Of a stretch of DNA of 64,000 nt, positions 55,522-64,000 are shown in pieces. Position 1 is the stretch's first letter. Each line of letters opens with the position of its first letter. Location of the stretch: the NCBI GenBank assembly GCA_001002325.1, contig LCNZ01000006.1:130-64129 (forward strand). Reading direction: 5' to 3'. The position numbers and the translations under genes are program-made. Below the pieces are notes generated by a model that saw nothing but the letters and a program-made list of their open reading frames with translations, was not told the origin of the DNA and searched no databases. This stretch comes from Candidatus Amesbacteria bacterium GW2011_GWB1_47_19. Its GTDB lineage: Bacteria > Patescibacteriota > Microgenomatia > CAZETR01 > Amesbacteraceae.

Positions 55522-56191
55522 ATTTACCTTTGGGTGTATCTTTGGTTAATTTACCGTTTTCCAATGTAATCACCCGCAACCCATAACGGTTGACGATATC
55601 CGCGTTGTGGGTGGCCATAATTACCGTTGTTTTCAGCTCTGAATGGATATCTTTTAAAAGCGAGACAATGCTCCGGGCAGTTTTAGGATCCAGATTTCCG
55701 GTGGGCTCATCCGCCAAAAGCAGTTTGGGTTTGCCGACTATTGCCCTGGCAATGGCTACCCGTTGGAGTTCACCTCCGGATAGTTGACTGGGAAAAAGTG
55801 AACTGCGGTCGGACAGACCAACCATCTGCAAAGCAATCTTGACCGCTGCAAAAACATCACCTGGTTTGGCAAACCTAACCTCAAGTGGCAGGGAGACATT
55901 TTCCCAAACACTGCGGTCCGGGAGAAGCTTGAAGTCCTGAAAAATCGGTCCCAAATGACGGCGATAATGAGGCAGATCCCGGGTGGAAAGTCTGGACAGA
56001 TGGTGGCCGTCAACAACCAATTCCCCGGAATTCGGCTTCAGATCGCGTAGAATCAGACGAAATATGGTAGTTTTTCCAGATCCGGAGGCTCCGGTTAAGA
56101 AAACAAATTCACCCGCATCAACAGAGAAGGAGACGTCACCCAAAGCTGTGATATTTCCGAATTTCTTGGTGACATTACGGGCAGTTACCAT
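55514..56191 (-). CDS. ftsE: cell division ATP-binding protein FtsE
   Basis: GEFVFLTGASGSGKT, IFQDFKLL, LSGGELQRV and ADEPTGNLD motifs. Start re-called to ATG56191. Confidence 0.93.
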   Translation of the reverse strand: MVTARNVTKKFGNITALGDVSFSVDAGEFVFLTGASGSGKTTIFRLILRDLKPNSGELVVDGHHLSRLSTRDLPHYRRHLGPIFQDFKLLPDRSVWENVSLPLEVRFAKPGDVFAAVKIALQMVGLSDRSSLFPSQLSGGELQRVAIARAIVGKPKLLLADEPTGNLDPKTARSIVSLLKDIHSELKTTVIMATHNADIVNRYGLRVITLENGKLTKDTPKGKYE

Positions 56192-56193
56192 GT

Positions 56194-56634
56194 CTAGTCC
56201 AAAATTTTGACGCGACCTACGTCCATTAGCCAACCGACTTTTTGAGCTTTCATGGTTTCTCCCCAGACTTCTAATTTCTTACCTACAAATTCGTCCAAAT
56301 CAACGATTGAAGAAACCAGATAAGCTGTTTTGGAAGGCCCGCCCTCACGAATTAGTTTGTGTGTTCCCTCCCCGTTGAAACCGCCTAGTTCCAAAACTCC
56401 CTGGGCTGAATCACGAAAAGTCTTGGTGTCTGTGGAACCCACCTCCGTGGCAGATTTGACCATCCCCGCGGAAGTATCGGATGGGGCTGACGGCCGACGG
56501 CCGCGCTGCAGGAAAAAACCCGTACCTATACCGGCCAAAACAATGATCAATCCGGTGATAATCAGGGGTAATTTAGCGGATTTTTTTGGTGCCGGTTCGA
56601 GAGGGGAAACCAGGCCGGGGACAGGCTGATCCAT
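56194..56634 (-). CDS. membrane-anchored hypothetical protein
   Basis: One TM followed by a small beta domain (EGTHKL..AYL..DLDEFVGKKLEVWG). Confidence 0.75.
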   Translation of the reverse strand: MDQPVPGLVSPLEPAPKKSAKLPLIITGLIIVLAGIGTGFFLQRGRRPSAPSDTSAGMVKSATEVGSTDTKTFRDSAQGVLELGGFNGEGTHKLIREGGPSKTAYLVSSIVDLDEFVGKKLEVWGETMKAQKVGWLMDVGRVKILD

Positions 56635-56647
56635 GGAGATCAGTATA

Positions 56648-57727
56648 TCATATGTTGAGATACCTGACTTCCGATTCTATGAATTCGTCCAGGTCCCCGT
56701 CCAGGACCGCAAATGCCGCTGAAGTTTCGGTTCCCGTACGCAAATCTTTGACCATTTTGTAAGGATGCAAAACATAGGATCGGATCTGATTACCCCAGGA
56801 AGCGGCTTTGTAAATTCCTTTCAATTCTTTTTGGGCGTCAGTTTTTTCCTGAAGTTTGAGGGCCCAAAGTTTGGATTTTAACAACGCCAGAGCAATTTTC
56901 CGGTTTTGTTCCTGATAACGCTGGGTCTGGCAGGCTACGGTCATACCGGTAGGTTTGTGGGTAAGCCGGACTGCTGTGGATACCTTGTTGACGTTCTGGC
57001 CACCATGACCTGTTGCCCGGTAAGCTTCGAACTCAATGTCGTCGGGGGAAATTTCTATTTCCGCATTGGTTTCCGGCAATTCGGGTAAAATTTCCACCAG
57101 AGCAAATGACGTCTGACGCAAATTGTCGGCATTAAACGGAGACTGGCGCACCAAACGATGAGTACCTTTTTCACCTGACAAATATCCATATGCATACGGA
57201 CCTGAAACGGTAAACGTTACTGATTTGAATCCGGTTTCTTCCCCGGGAATCTGTTCCACAACCTCCGTATCCCAGCCCCGCTTTTCGCAAAACCTTAGAT
57301 ACATCCGTAGCAGCATTGCCACCCAATCCATGGCTTCGACACCGCCCTGACCGGCATGGATGGATACTATGGCGTTATTTATATCGTACTTACCGCCAAG
57401 AAAGGTCCTGATTTCCACGAGACTCAGCCTGCGGTCAACTTTTTTGACTTCCTTTTCCAGATCGTTAATATCCGCCTGTAAATCCGCCAATCCGGACAAG
57501 TCTGAAATTTCTCCATCGAGGCGGGAAAGCTGGTCCTGCTGGTCTTTTAAATCAGACAGACGTTTCATGGCAGTTTTGGCGGCAGACGTGTCGGTCCAAA
57601 AATCCGGATCGGCGGTTTTGGTTTCCAGATCCCGGATCTGACCGGCTACAACTTCAGGATTTAATTTTATCCGGATCTGGTCCAGCCGGGACCGTAAATC
57701 AGTAATTTGGGTTTTAATATCGGCCAT
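56648..57727 (-). CDS. prfB: peptide chain release factor 2
   Basis: [23 protein letters not shown] (SPF anticodon), GGQ and WGNQIRSYV motifs. Continuous ORF. Confidence 0.96.
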   Translation of the reverse strand: MADIKTQITDLRSRLDQIRIKLNPEVVAGQIRDLETKTADPDFWTDTSAAKTAMKRLSDLKDQQDQLSRLDGEISDLSGLADLQADINDLEKEVKKVDRRLSLVEIRTFLGGKYDINNAIVSIHAGQGGVEAMDWVAMLLRMYLRFCEKRGWDTEVVEQIPGEETGFKSVTFTVSGPYAYGYLSGEKGTHRLVRQSPFNADNLRQTSFALVEILPELPETNAEIEISPDDIEFEAYRATGHGGQNVNKVSTAVRLTHKPTGMTVACQTQRYQEQNRKIALALLKSKLWALKLQEKTDAQKELKGIYKAASWGNQIRSYVLHPYKMVKDLRTGTETSAAFAVLDGDLDEFIESEVRYLNI

Positions 57728-57755
57728 GAGGAGATTATACCCGCCGGACAGTGAT

Positions 57756-58133
57756 TTACCTGCCGGAAGAAGTAGCCGGGGTGCAAAGCAGGGCTTTTAT
57801 CTGGTTAACCTGATCCGGAGGCAGATTCTGAATGACGTCGACGACGGTATTGAGGCTGTCGTTGGTAATTTTTACACCCAGAACCACCGGAGAGTTGCGG
57901 TCCGGATGGGTGACCAGTGAATCCAGAGCGGAACTCAAATTACGGCTGACGGATCCCATATTTACATTTTTTATTTTTGACAATGCTTCCCGGTTTAAAG
58001 AAGAAGCAACCCATAAAGTCAGGTTGCGGGCTGAAGGCAGCCGAACCTGACCGGTGCGGCGCCAGGAGACGAGAGTGAATACACCGACAACCACCGCGGC
58101 GATAATTCCAACCTTGAGCAGGAAACCAAACAT
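57756..58133 (-). CDS. hypothetical membrane-anchored protein
   Basis: N-terminal TM and helical C-terminus. Fills the gap on the same strand as its neighbours. Confidence 0.6.
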   Translation of the reverse strand: MFGFLLKVGIIAAVVVGVFTLVSWRRTGQVRLPSARNLTLWVASSLNREALSKIKNVNMGSVSRNLSSALDSLVTHPDRNSPVVLGVKITNDSLNTVVDVIQNLPPDQVNQIKALLCTPATSSGR

Positions 58134-58341
58134 ACGTCTAGGTTCTTGTGACTAGGTTATAGGTTCTAGGAGATAGAGTCAAATTCTGTCAACTGATATT
58201 TTCACTGATAAATTTGTATATTACCACTGTTCCAGCCCCAGGTCAGAATCTCTTAGTATACGCATATCGTTTGAGCTTGGTGATAAGACTAGCATTGTGG
58301 AAAGGCAAAACGAAGGGATCAATCAGCATTTGCCAATTTTA

Positions 58342-58887
58342 TCACCGGGGTTTGAGGTGGGGGGAGGCAGCGGCTATAACGGATGCCAGACGGTGGCGGG
58401 CCCGGTAGAGGCGGCCTTCGATTTTACGCGGGGATAGGTTCAGACGGAGGCTAATTTCCCGATTAGATAACTGCTGATAATACTTGAGATGCAACAACCG
58501 GCGATAATCTTCCGGCAACAAATTAAGACTACGGTTGACATCATTACGTAACTCCTCCAGAACCAGTCTTTCCTCCGAAGTCAGAGCGGGGTCGATAAGG
58601 GTGTTAAACTGAGCAATGGTGGGGATTACTATACGGGAATTTTGATGAACTTGCTGACGATAATAATCGGCGAGTTTATTGAGGGCGATTTTACATAACC
58701 AGGTAAAATATGTACTCTTGTGGTGAAAAGTGTGAAATGAAGTGTAAGCAGAAACAAACGTGTCCTGGAGAACCTGCTCGGCTGCTGCCAGATTTCCTCC
58801 GTTTCTTTTGAGAACCAACTTGAGGATGCGTTGACCGAAGACCCGGTAGAGATAGGTCAGCGTGGCGTGGGATTTATTGTCACTCAC
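58342..58887 (-). CDS. ECF-type RNA polymerase sigma factor
   Basis: Region 2 AEQVLQDTF..FTWLCKIALN..DYYR and region 4 LPEDYR..LSNREIS..GRLYRAR. Confidence 0.88.
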   Translation of the reverse strand: MSDNKSHATLTYLYRVFGQRILKLVLKRNGGNLAAAEQVLQDTFVSAYTSFHTFHHKSTYFTWLCKIALNKLADYYRQQVHQNSRIVIPTIAQFNTLIDPALTSEERLVLEELRNDVNRSLNLLPEDYRRLLHLKYYQQLSNREISLRLNLSPRKIEGRLYRARHRLASVIAAASPHLKPR

Positions 58888-59028
58888 CGTCTAATGATTA
58901 TATGGCGTTATTCAGAGGAGAATCAACTGTTAAAAGGCCGGAGTTCCAATACATTACCGGTAATCAGATTTCCCCGGAGACACAGAAACAAATAGCGCGA
59001 ATTGCATTGGCACTATACATCGCAGAAT

Positions 59029-59619
59029 CTAAACAAGTTCAAAAAGACGGGAAACTTCCGCCCAGTTAACGACATTCCACCAGGCGGTGATGTAATCCGC
59101 CCGGCGGTTTTGGTATTTGAGATAGTACGCGTGTTCCCAAACGTCAAGCGCCAGTACCGGCACTTTCCCCAGGGACAAAGGTGAATCCTGGTTCGGGGTA
59201 TTTATAATATCCATTTTGCCGTCGGCAACAACCAGCCATGCCCAACCGCTGCCAAACTGACCCAATGCCCGAGTGGAAAATTTTCCTTTGAAGTTATCGA
59301 AACTTCCGAATACGGAATTTATGGCAGTCAAAATTTTTCCTGCAGGCGAGCCGGGTTTTGGGGTCATTAAGGGCCAGAATAAGGAATGGTTGGCGTGTCC
59401 ACCACCCATATTTCGGACTTTGGTGCGAATAGTTTCGGGTAAAGCATTCAGTTTTTGTAAGATAACAGTCAGGTCAGATTCAGACTTGTCGGGAAGAGCT
59501 TCGGAAAGACCTTTGACATAGGCGGCATGATGTTTGGAGTGGTGGATTTCCATAGTTTGAGCGTCGATATAGGGCTCGAGAGCTGAAACCGAGTAGGGCA
59601 GTTTCGGAAGTGTAAACAT
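59029..59619 (-). CDS. sodA: Mn/Fe superoxide dismutase (Mn-type signature)
   Basis: [26 protein letters not shown] and DVWEHAYY motifs. Confidence 0.93.
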   Translation of the reverse strand: MFTLPKLPYSVSALEPYIDAQTMEIHHSKHHAAYVKGLSEALPDKSESDLTVILQKLNALPETIRTKVRNMGGGHANHSLFWPLMTPKPGSPAGKILTAINSVFGSFDNFKGKFSTRALGQFGSGWAWLVVADGKMDIINTPNQDSPLSLGKVPVLALDVWEHAYYLKYQNRRADYITAWWNVVNWAEVSRLFELV

Positions 59620-59639
59620 AGTCCCAATATATTACCGGG

Positions 59640-62081
59640 CTAGGTCAAGGGTTGCAAGAGATATTCTCCTGTCCCCGGCCCGGCTGTAAGTAGTGTCTTG
59701 TCTCCGGGTTTGAGGGTACCGGACAGAATCGCTTTACCAAACAGATCACCCAGAGTAATGTCCACTATCCGGCGCATGGGTCTGGCTCCCAGCTCGGGTT
59801 GGTAACCTTCACGGGCGAGTTTGGCTAAAGCCTGAGGAGAGTCTTCCAATACAATGTTTTTTTGCAGAAGATTGGCTTTGAGTTCATCCAAAAGCAGGCC
59901 GGCGATCAGGATCAGCTGATCTTCCGTCAGGGGTTCATAAACCACCACTCCGTCGAAACGATTAAGAAACTCCGGCGAAAAAATACCCCGGGTCTGGATG
60001 TATTCCAGAACCTGTTTCTGTAAAGGTTCGCCTGAAACCTGATTTTTGACCTGCCGGCGGATGAATTCCGCACCGGCATTGGAGGTGGCTATGACAAATA
60101 AATGCCGACAATCGATTTTTTTGCCGAACGCATCGGAAATACTGCCTTCGTCGAGAAGCGACAGAAACAGGTTATATACGTCCGGTGGAGCTTTTTCGAT
60201 TTCATCCAGCAAAAGCAGGCTGGCCGGACGATTGATTATGGCTGTGGTCAATAGGCCGGGTTGATTTTGGGCTACTGAGCCGATTAAACGGGCGACTCCC
60301 TCGGTCCCGGAAAATTCCGCCATATCGAAACGGATGATTTGCTTGTGACTACCGTAATATATTTTGGCCAGGGTTTTGGCGGTTTCGGTTTTACCCACAC
60401 CAGTGGGACCCAAAAATAGAAATGAGCCGATAGGCCGGGTGTCATCCTTTGTGCCTATAGTCCTGGCCCGCAATGTTTTGGCGATCAAGGAAACTGCCGG
60501 GTCCTGACCCACCAGGCGGGAATGTAAAACTTCTTCCAGATTACCCAACAAATCCTTTTCTTTTTGGGTAAGACGAGCCAAAGAGATTCCGGTTTTTTCC
60601 GATAAGACGGCATTAACAGTATCTTTGTCCATGAAGTATTTGTTGTTGCTCTCCAGATAGACGATGACATGATCCAATAATTCCAGGGCTTTTTCGGGGA
60701 ACGGAGTATCGGTGACGTAACGATCACTGCCATCAAGAATCGCTCTGATAGCCTGGACGGAAATAAGGACATGCTTTTGTTTTTCCCAGTCGGCTGAGGA
60801 TTCAAACAAAATTTGCAGGGCGGTATCTTTGCCGGGAGCGGTGGCTTCTATGGTTTCAAAATATTTCCGTAAACGGGAATTGACAGCTAAAAACCGTTCA
60901 TAATCAACCTGGGCAGATATGGCGATGATAAGCAATTTACGTTTTTCCAGATATTTATCCAGCACGTCCGTGAAATCCATGCCCTCGACGGCAGAATTGG
61001 TGATGCGGTGCAGATCTTTGACTACCAGAATTACATTTCCGGCGGCCGCTGCCTCCTGAAGCAAAAGCGAGAATTTAGCTTTTTTCTGATTGAGGTCAAT
61101 GCTTTCCGACAGCAGGAAATTGAAATCCAATTCCAATACTCTTTTGTATACCATCCGGGGGCCCAACTCTCCGGACATAGCCCGACGGGCAAATTCCAGA
61201 ATAATGGTTTTTTTACCCACTCCCGGCAGGCCGGTCAAAATTACGCTCTGACCGGAAGTCAGGCTGCGTTCGATCCGGGAAACTAGTTCCTGGCGACCGA
61301 TCAGATGGTGGGAAAACTGCCGGTTTACGGACAGATCTTCTGAAATTTGGTTCAGCTGCGGAGTATACCCGTAAAGCAGCTCCAATCCGACTCCCGGCCG
61401 ACCGTACCGTAAGGGAACAGGGTTACCGGGTAAATTCAGAAAATCCCACCAGGAAGCCCCGGTCTTTATATCTTCAAAATCCGTTCCCAAAGAGCGGAGA
61501 TGCTGTTCGTCCCAAACGCCGGCATTGATGAAGGAAGAAATAATATCAATCAGTGAGGCGGGGGAAAACGCGGTCAGATCCGGTTTGTTTCCGGCCAGCT
61601 GATCGGGATCCAGACCTAAATGAAACAATAGGAATTTTCCGGGAACCGTTGTCCACAACTCCTGAACCGGGGAAGCGGACTCGCGCAGCCGGATGGCCAG
61701 ATTTTTGAAAAACCGGGGGCCAAAACGGTCCGTAAGATAGTAATAAGGCAGGCCGATGGCCGGCAGGCAAATCCAGCAGATCAAGCCTGCGATACCGGCA
61801 AAAAACACCGGGATCAGCAGCAAAGTCCCACAGATAAACAAGAACAACCGCACGATGGCTCCGATACAGCGGGAAATCAGGTTAAAGGTCAGCTGGCGGA
61901 AAAATACGTCGGGACGGAAACCTATATAAGCTTCCTCGTCTAAAAGTCTTTTGTACGGGGAAAATAACGTAGGTAACAACAGGGGCAGGGAAAAATAATG
62001 CACAACCCAACCCATCAGGAAAACCCAGCGGGAAAGGTAAAGCCTGAGACCGGAAGAATAGTGCCAGAAAAGGTATTCCAT
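59640..62081 (-). CDS. ClpA/ClpB-like double AAA+ ATPase with N-terminal membrane segment
   Basis: NBD2 intact (FLFLGPTGVGKT, LLLDEIEKA, PEFLNRFD, GARPMRR). NBD1 has GLPGVGKK and a degenerate Walker B (VVKDLH). Hydrophobic N-terminal ~115 aa. Confidence 0.88.
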   Translation of the reverse strand: MEYLFWHYSSGLRLYLSRWVFLMGWVVHYFSLPLLLPTLFSPYKRLLDEEAYIGFRPDVFFRQLTFNLISRCIGAIVRLFLFICGTLLLIPVFFAGIAGLICWICLPAIGLPYYYLTDRFGPRFFKNLAIRLRESASPVQELWTTVPGKFLLFHLGLDPDQLAGNKPDLTAFSPASLIDIISSFINAGVWDEQHLRSLGTDFEDIKTGASWWDFLNLPGNPVPLRYGRPGVGLELLYGYTPQLNQISEDLSVNRQFSHHLIGRQELVSRIERSLTSGQSVILTGLPGVGKKTIILEFARRAMSGELGPRMVYKRVLELDFNFLLSESIDLNQKKAKFSLLLQEAAAAGNVILVVKDLHRITNSAVEGMDFTDVLDKYLEKRKLLIIAISAQVDYERFLAVNSRLRKYFETIEATAPGKDTALQILFESSADWEKQKHVLISVQAIRAILDGSDRYVTDTPFPEKALELLDHVIVYLESNNKYFMDKDTVNAVLSEKTGISLARLTQKEKDLLGNLEEVLHSRLVGQDPAVSLIAKTLRARTIGTKDDTRPIGSFLFLGPTGVGKTETAKTLAKIYYGSHKQIIRFDMAEFSGTEGVARLIGSVAQNQPGLLTTAIINRPASLLLLDEIEKAPPDVYNLFLSLLDEGSISDAFGKKIDCRHLFVIATSNAGAEFIRRQVKNQVSGEPLQKQVLEYIQTRGIFSPEFLNRFDGVVVYEPLTEDQLILIAGLLLDELKANLLQKNIVLEDSPQALAKLAREGYQPELGARPMRRIVDITLGDLFGKAILSGTLKPGDKTLLTAGPGTGEYLLQPLT

Positions 62082-62095
62082 TCCTTAAAATGATA

Positions 62096-63136
62096 TCACA
62101 GGGGAGAGGCAAAAATTTCCCGGGTTTTGACCGCAAAAAGCGGATAGAAAAAGGGGGATACCTGCAGCATTAACCGGTCGGCCGTGGAGGAAACATAACC
62201 TGCGGTGGAAATGGTGGAAAATAAATAATTGATGAAAAAAAGTCCCGTAACGGATAATAATACCCGGTTGGTGATTCGCAAATAATCCCGTGAGTTTGAG
62301 GTGTGAATCGGTAAAATAAGCCAGAACAGAGGCCAAAATATATACCAATTACGAAAGTTCAGCATATGCCTGAGGACTCCCTGAAAAATTATTACTGACC
62401 TGGATAACAGGACGGTAACGGAGGGCAAAAAAACAAAATAATCCGGAATGATACCAAACGAGCGCTGGGCCAGATACCAGGCAACAGCAGGCAAACCGAT
62501 CAGAATCAACCAACCCAGCCGGAATCTGAACCGGACGGGGATAAAAATAATTAATACAGCCAGAAAAGCGCCTTCGATTTTGATCTGAGAGGATACGATT
62601 ACCAGCAACGTCAGAAGCCAGCCCAAAAGTACGGGGCCGCGGCGGTATAAACGGAAAAAAAGAAGGATAGCCAGCCAGTAGAGAGCACAGATAATAATAT
62701 CGGCATTACCGGCGTGTTTTCGTCCGGCCTGGGCCAAAAGAGGTGACAACATGGAATAGATGTAAGTAAAAAATAACCCTGCCGGGCGTGAGAATTCTAA
62801 ATGCAGCAGTACCCGGTAAACCATAAGCAAAATTAGAGCATATACCAGCGGATATACCGCTAAAACCGCCATTTCCCGGTAACTTCCGGCTAACCGGAAA
62901 AGGTTAACGAATAAATACGGCAATAGCAGGGGGTACTGTGGATGGGAATAACTGTAAACGGGATTTGTTAAATCCGCCAGGGGAAAACCCTGATGCAGAT
63001 ACCAGGCTTTGGCTTTGAACATCCAGATACCATAAACATCAACGCTGTTTAGGGGGTAGCTTCTGACTCCGGAAATGACATATGCCAGGTTAATACCCAG
63101 CAAACACACCAATATTGCTGAAGCTATTTTGGACAT
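62096..63136 (-). CDS. multi-pass membrane protein, probable GT-C
   Basis: DVYGIWMFKAK, YPLLLP, GNAD and KIEG motifs with several TM segments. Confidence 0.65.
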   Translation of the reverse strand: MSKIASAILVCLLGINLAYVISGVRSYPLNSVDVYGIWMFKAKAWYLHQGFPLADLTNPVYSYSHPQYPLLLPYLFVNLFRLAGSYREMAVLAVYPLVYALILLMVYRVLLHLEFSRPAGLFFTYIYSMLSPLLAQAGRKHAGNADIIICALYWLAILLFFRLYRRGPVLLGWLLTLLVIVSSQIKIEGAFLAVLIIFIPVRFRFRLGWLILIGLPAVAWYLAQRSFGIIPDYFVFLPSVTVLLSRSVIIFQGVLRHMLNFRNWYIFWPLFWLILPIHTSNSRDYLRITNRVLLSVTGLFFINYLFSTISTAGYVSSTADRLMLQVSPFFYPLFAVKTREIFASPL

Positions 63137-63339
63137 ACGACTCCCAGACTGCGGTAGTAATATAATTGTCGGTCTTCCCCGTCAAGCTGGTCGGGATTTG
63201 AACTGCAGGGGATGACTTCGGAATGATACACCGGCGGGGGAGAAGTAAATTCCCGGTAAGTCCTGAAAACATATTGGGCTGAACGCAGAAACAGCACTCC
63301 GACCCAGATTAAAAATAAAAACCGGTAGAGATTTCGCAT
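63124..63339 (-). CDS. small hypothetical membrane protein
   Basis: One TM. Abuts the FKBP stop codon and overlaps the next start. Confidence 0.5.
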   Translation of the reverse strand: MRNLYRFLFLIWVGVLFLRSAQYVFRTYREFTSPPPVYHSEVIPCSSNPDQLDGEDRQLYYYRSLGVVCPK

Positions 63340-63840
63340 TTACTGCCCTGATTCTACTCCCATCAGTTCTACGGTAAAGATGAGGGTGGAGTCGGGAGGA
63401 ATTACTCCGGGAACCCCGCCGGAGCCATAAGCCAATTCCGGAGGGATAGTCAGCCGGCGTTTGCCCCCGACCTGCATCCCGGAAACTCCCAGTTCCCAAC
63501 CGGGAATGACCTGGCGGGCGCCGAGTTTGAAAGAAAACGGAACGCCCCGGCCATAGGAGCTGTCAAACTGGGTGCCGTCGGTGAGGGTACCGGAGTAATG
63601 GACGGTTACAGACGCACCCGGGGTGGCGGTTGCCCCGGTTCCGGTAACCAGATCTTCAAACCTGAGCTGTATTCCCGGGGTGGATGTGGGTGTGGTATTC
63701 ATATTTGTTTCAAGACCGGCATCAATAGCCGGTGTGGGAGCAGGTAGAGTGGTTTTGCCCCCGGGTGCCAGCCTGATGAGGACAAAAACCGCCGGAACAG
63801 CCAACAGAAGTACTATAACAACCATCAGCCAATTTTTCAT
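63340..63840 (-). CDS. FKBP-type peptidyl-prolyl cis-trans isomerase, membrane-anchored
   Basis: VHYSGTLTDGTQFDSS, VIPGWELG, IPPELAYG and IPPDSTLIFTVEL motifs. Confidence 0.95.
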   Translation of the reverse strand: MKNWLMVVIVLLLAVPAVFVLIRLAPGGKTTLPAPTPAIDAGLETNMNTTPTSTPGIQLRFEDLVTGTGATATPGASVTVHYSGTLTDGTQFDSSYGRGVPFSFKLGARQVIPGWELGVSGMQVGGKRRLTIPPELAYGSGGVPGVIPPDSTLIFTVELMGVESGQ

Positions 63841-63864
63841 ATACTTTAGAATTTTATCAGAAGA

Positions 63865-64000
63865 TTATTCGGGGCGGGTGCGGTAGATGAAGAGGACCGG
63901 AACACCGTTGATATCCGTAACCTGATCCACTAGCTGCAGGTGATGTTCGGCAACCTGGCCGGGAGAAACCGCTAGCTGGTCGCCTATAAGGAACTGGTTC
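63865..64000 (-). CDS. C-terminal fragment of a gene continuing beyond the window
   Basis: Open frame ...NQFLIGDQLAVSPGQVAEHHLQLVDQVTDINGVPVLFIYRTRPE* ending at TAA 63865-67. Confidence 0.5.
   Translation of the reverse strand, partial: NQFLIGDQLAVSPGQVAEHHLQLVDQVTDINGVPVLFIYRTRPE

Noticed and set aside
57756-58887. ECF sigma / anti-sigma pair
   Set aside because: The neighbour is ~200 bp away, has its TM at the very N-terminus and lacks an anti-sigma (ZAS/ASD) motif.
1-64000. tRNA, rRNA, prophage or integrase genes
   Set aside because: No cloverleaf or rRNA-like segments were seen in the few intergenic gaps, and no phage or integrase motifs in the ORFs. This was judged by eye only; tRNAscan-SE and cmscan were not run.

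Overview
Gene-dense bacterial chromosomal window. The streamlined layout, overlapping genes, many GT-C membrane glycosyltransferases, sortases and a membrane-anchored Clp-like ATPase suggest Patescibacteria/CPR, probably Microgenomates; this is inference only. 1-28.5 kb: a large surface-glycosylation region (GT2, GT4, polyprenol-P-sugar synthases, YfhO/PMT_2-like GT-C proteins, flippase). It is interrupted by a candidate cobalamin riboswitch with a DUF4430 + DUF6580 B12-uptake-like cassette and by a REP-associated tyrosine transposase between two 45-bp palindromic repeats. 28.5-29.0 kb: a DUF559 nuclease between two 53-bp palindromic repeats, next to trmD. 31.5-52.1 kb is the most interesting block. 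Four secreted paralogues are built from about 11 copies of an ~85-aa Asn/Gln/Gly/Thr-rich repeat with Cys pairs, alongside two sortases, non-canonical sorting-signal substrates and a shared 5' leader motif. A co-oriented polysaccharide cluster follows (processive GT2-flippase-GT4 fusion, GT2-GT4 fusion, PIG-L deacetylase, GNAT, glycoside hydrolase). Together these form a candidate fibre + exopolysaccharide matrix system. 52-64 kb: VanZ, a circularly permuted M23 peptidase with ftsEX, prfB (no frameshift), an ECF sigma factor, SOD, a Clp-like AAA+ ATPase and an FKBP. I recognised no rRNA, tRNA or CRISPR array. All family calls come from motifs read by eye; no database searches were run.
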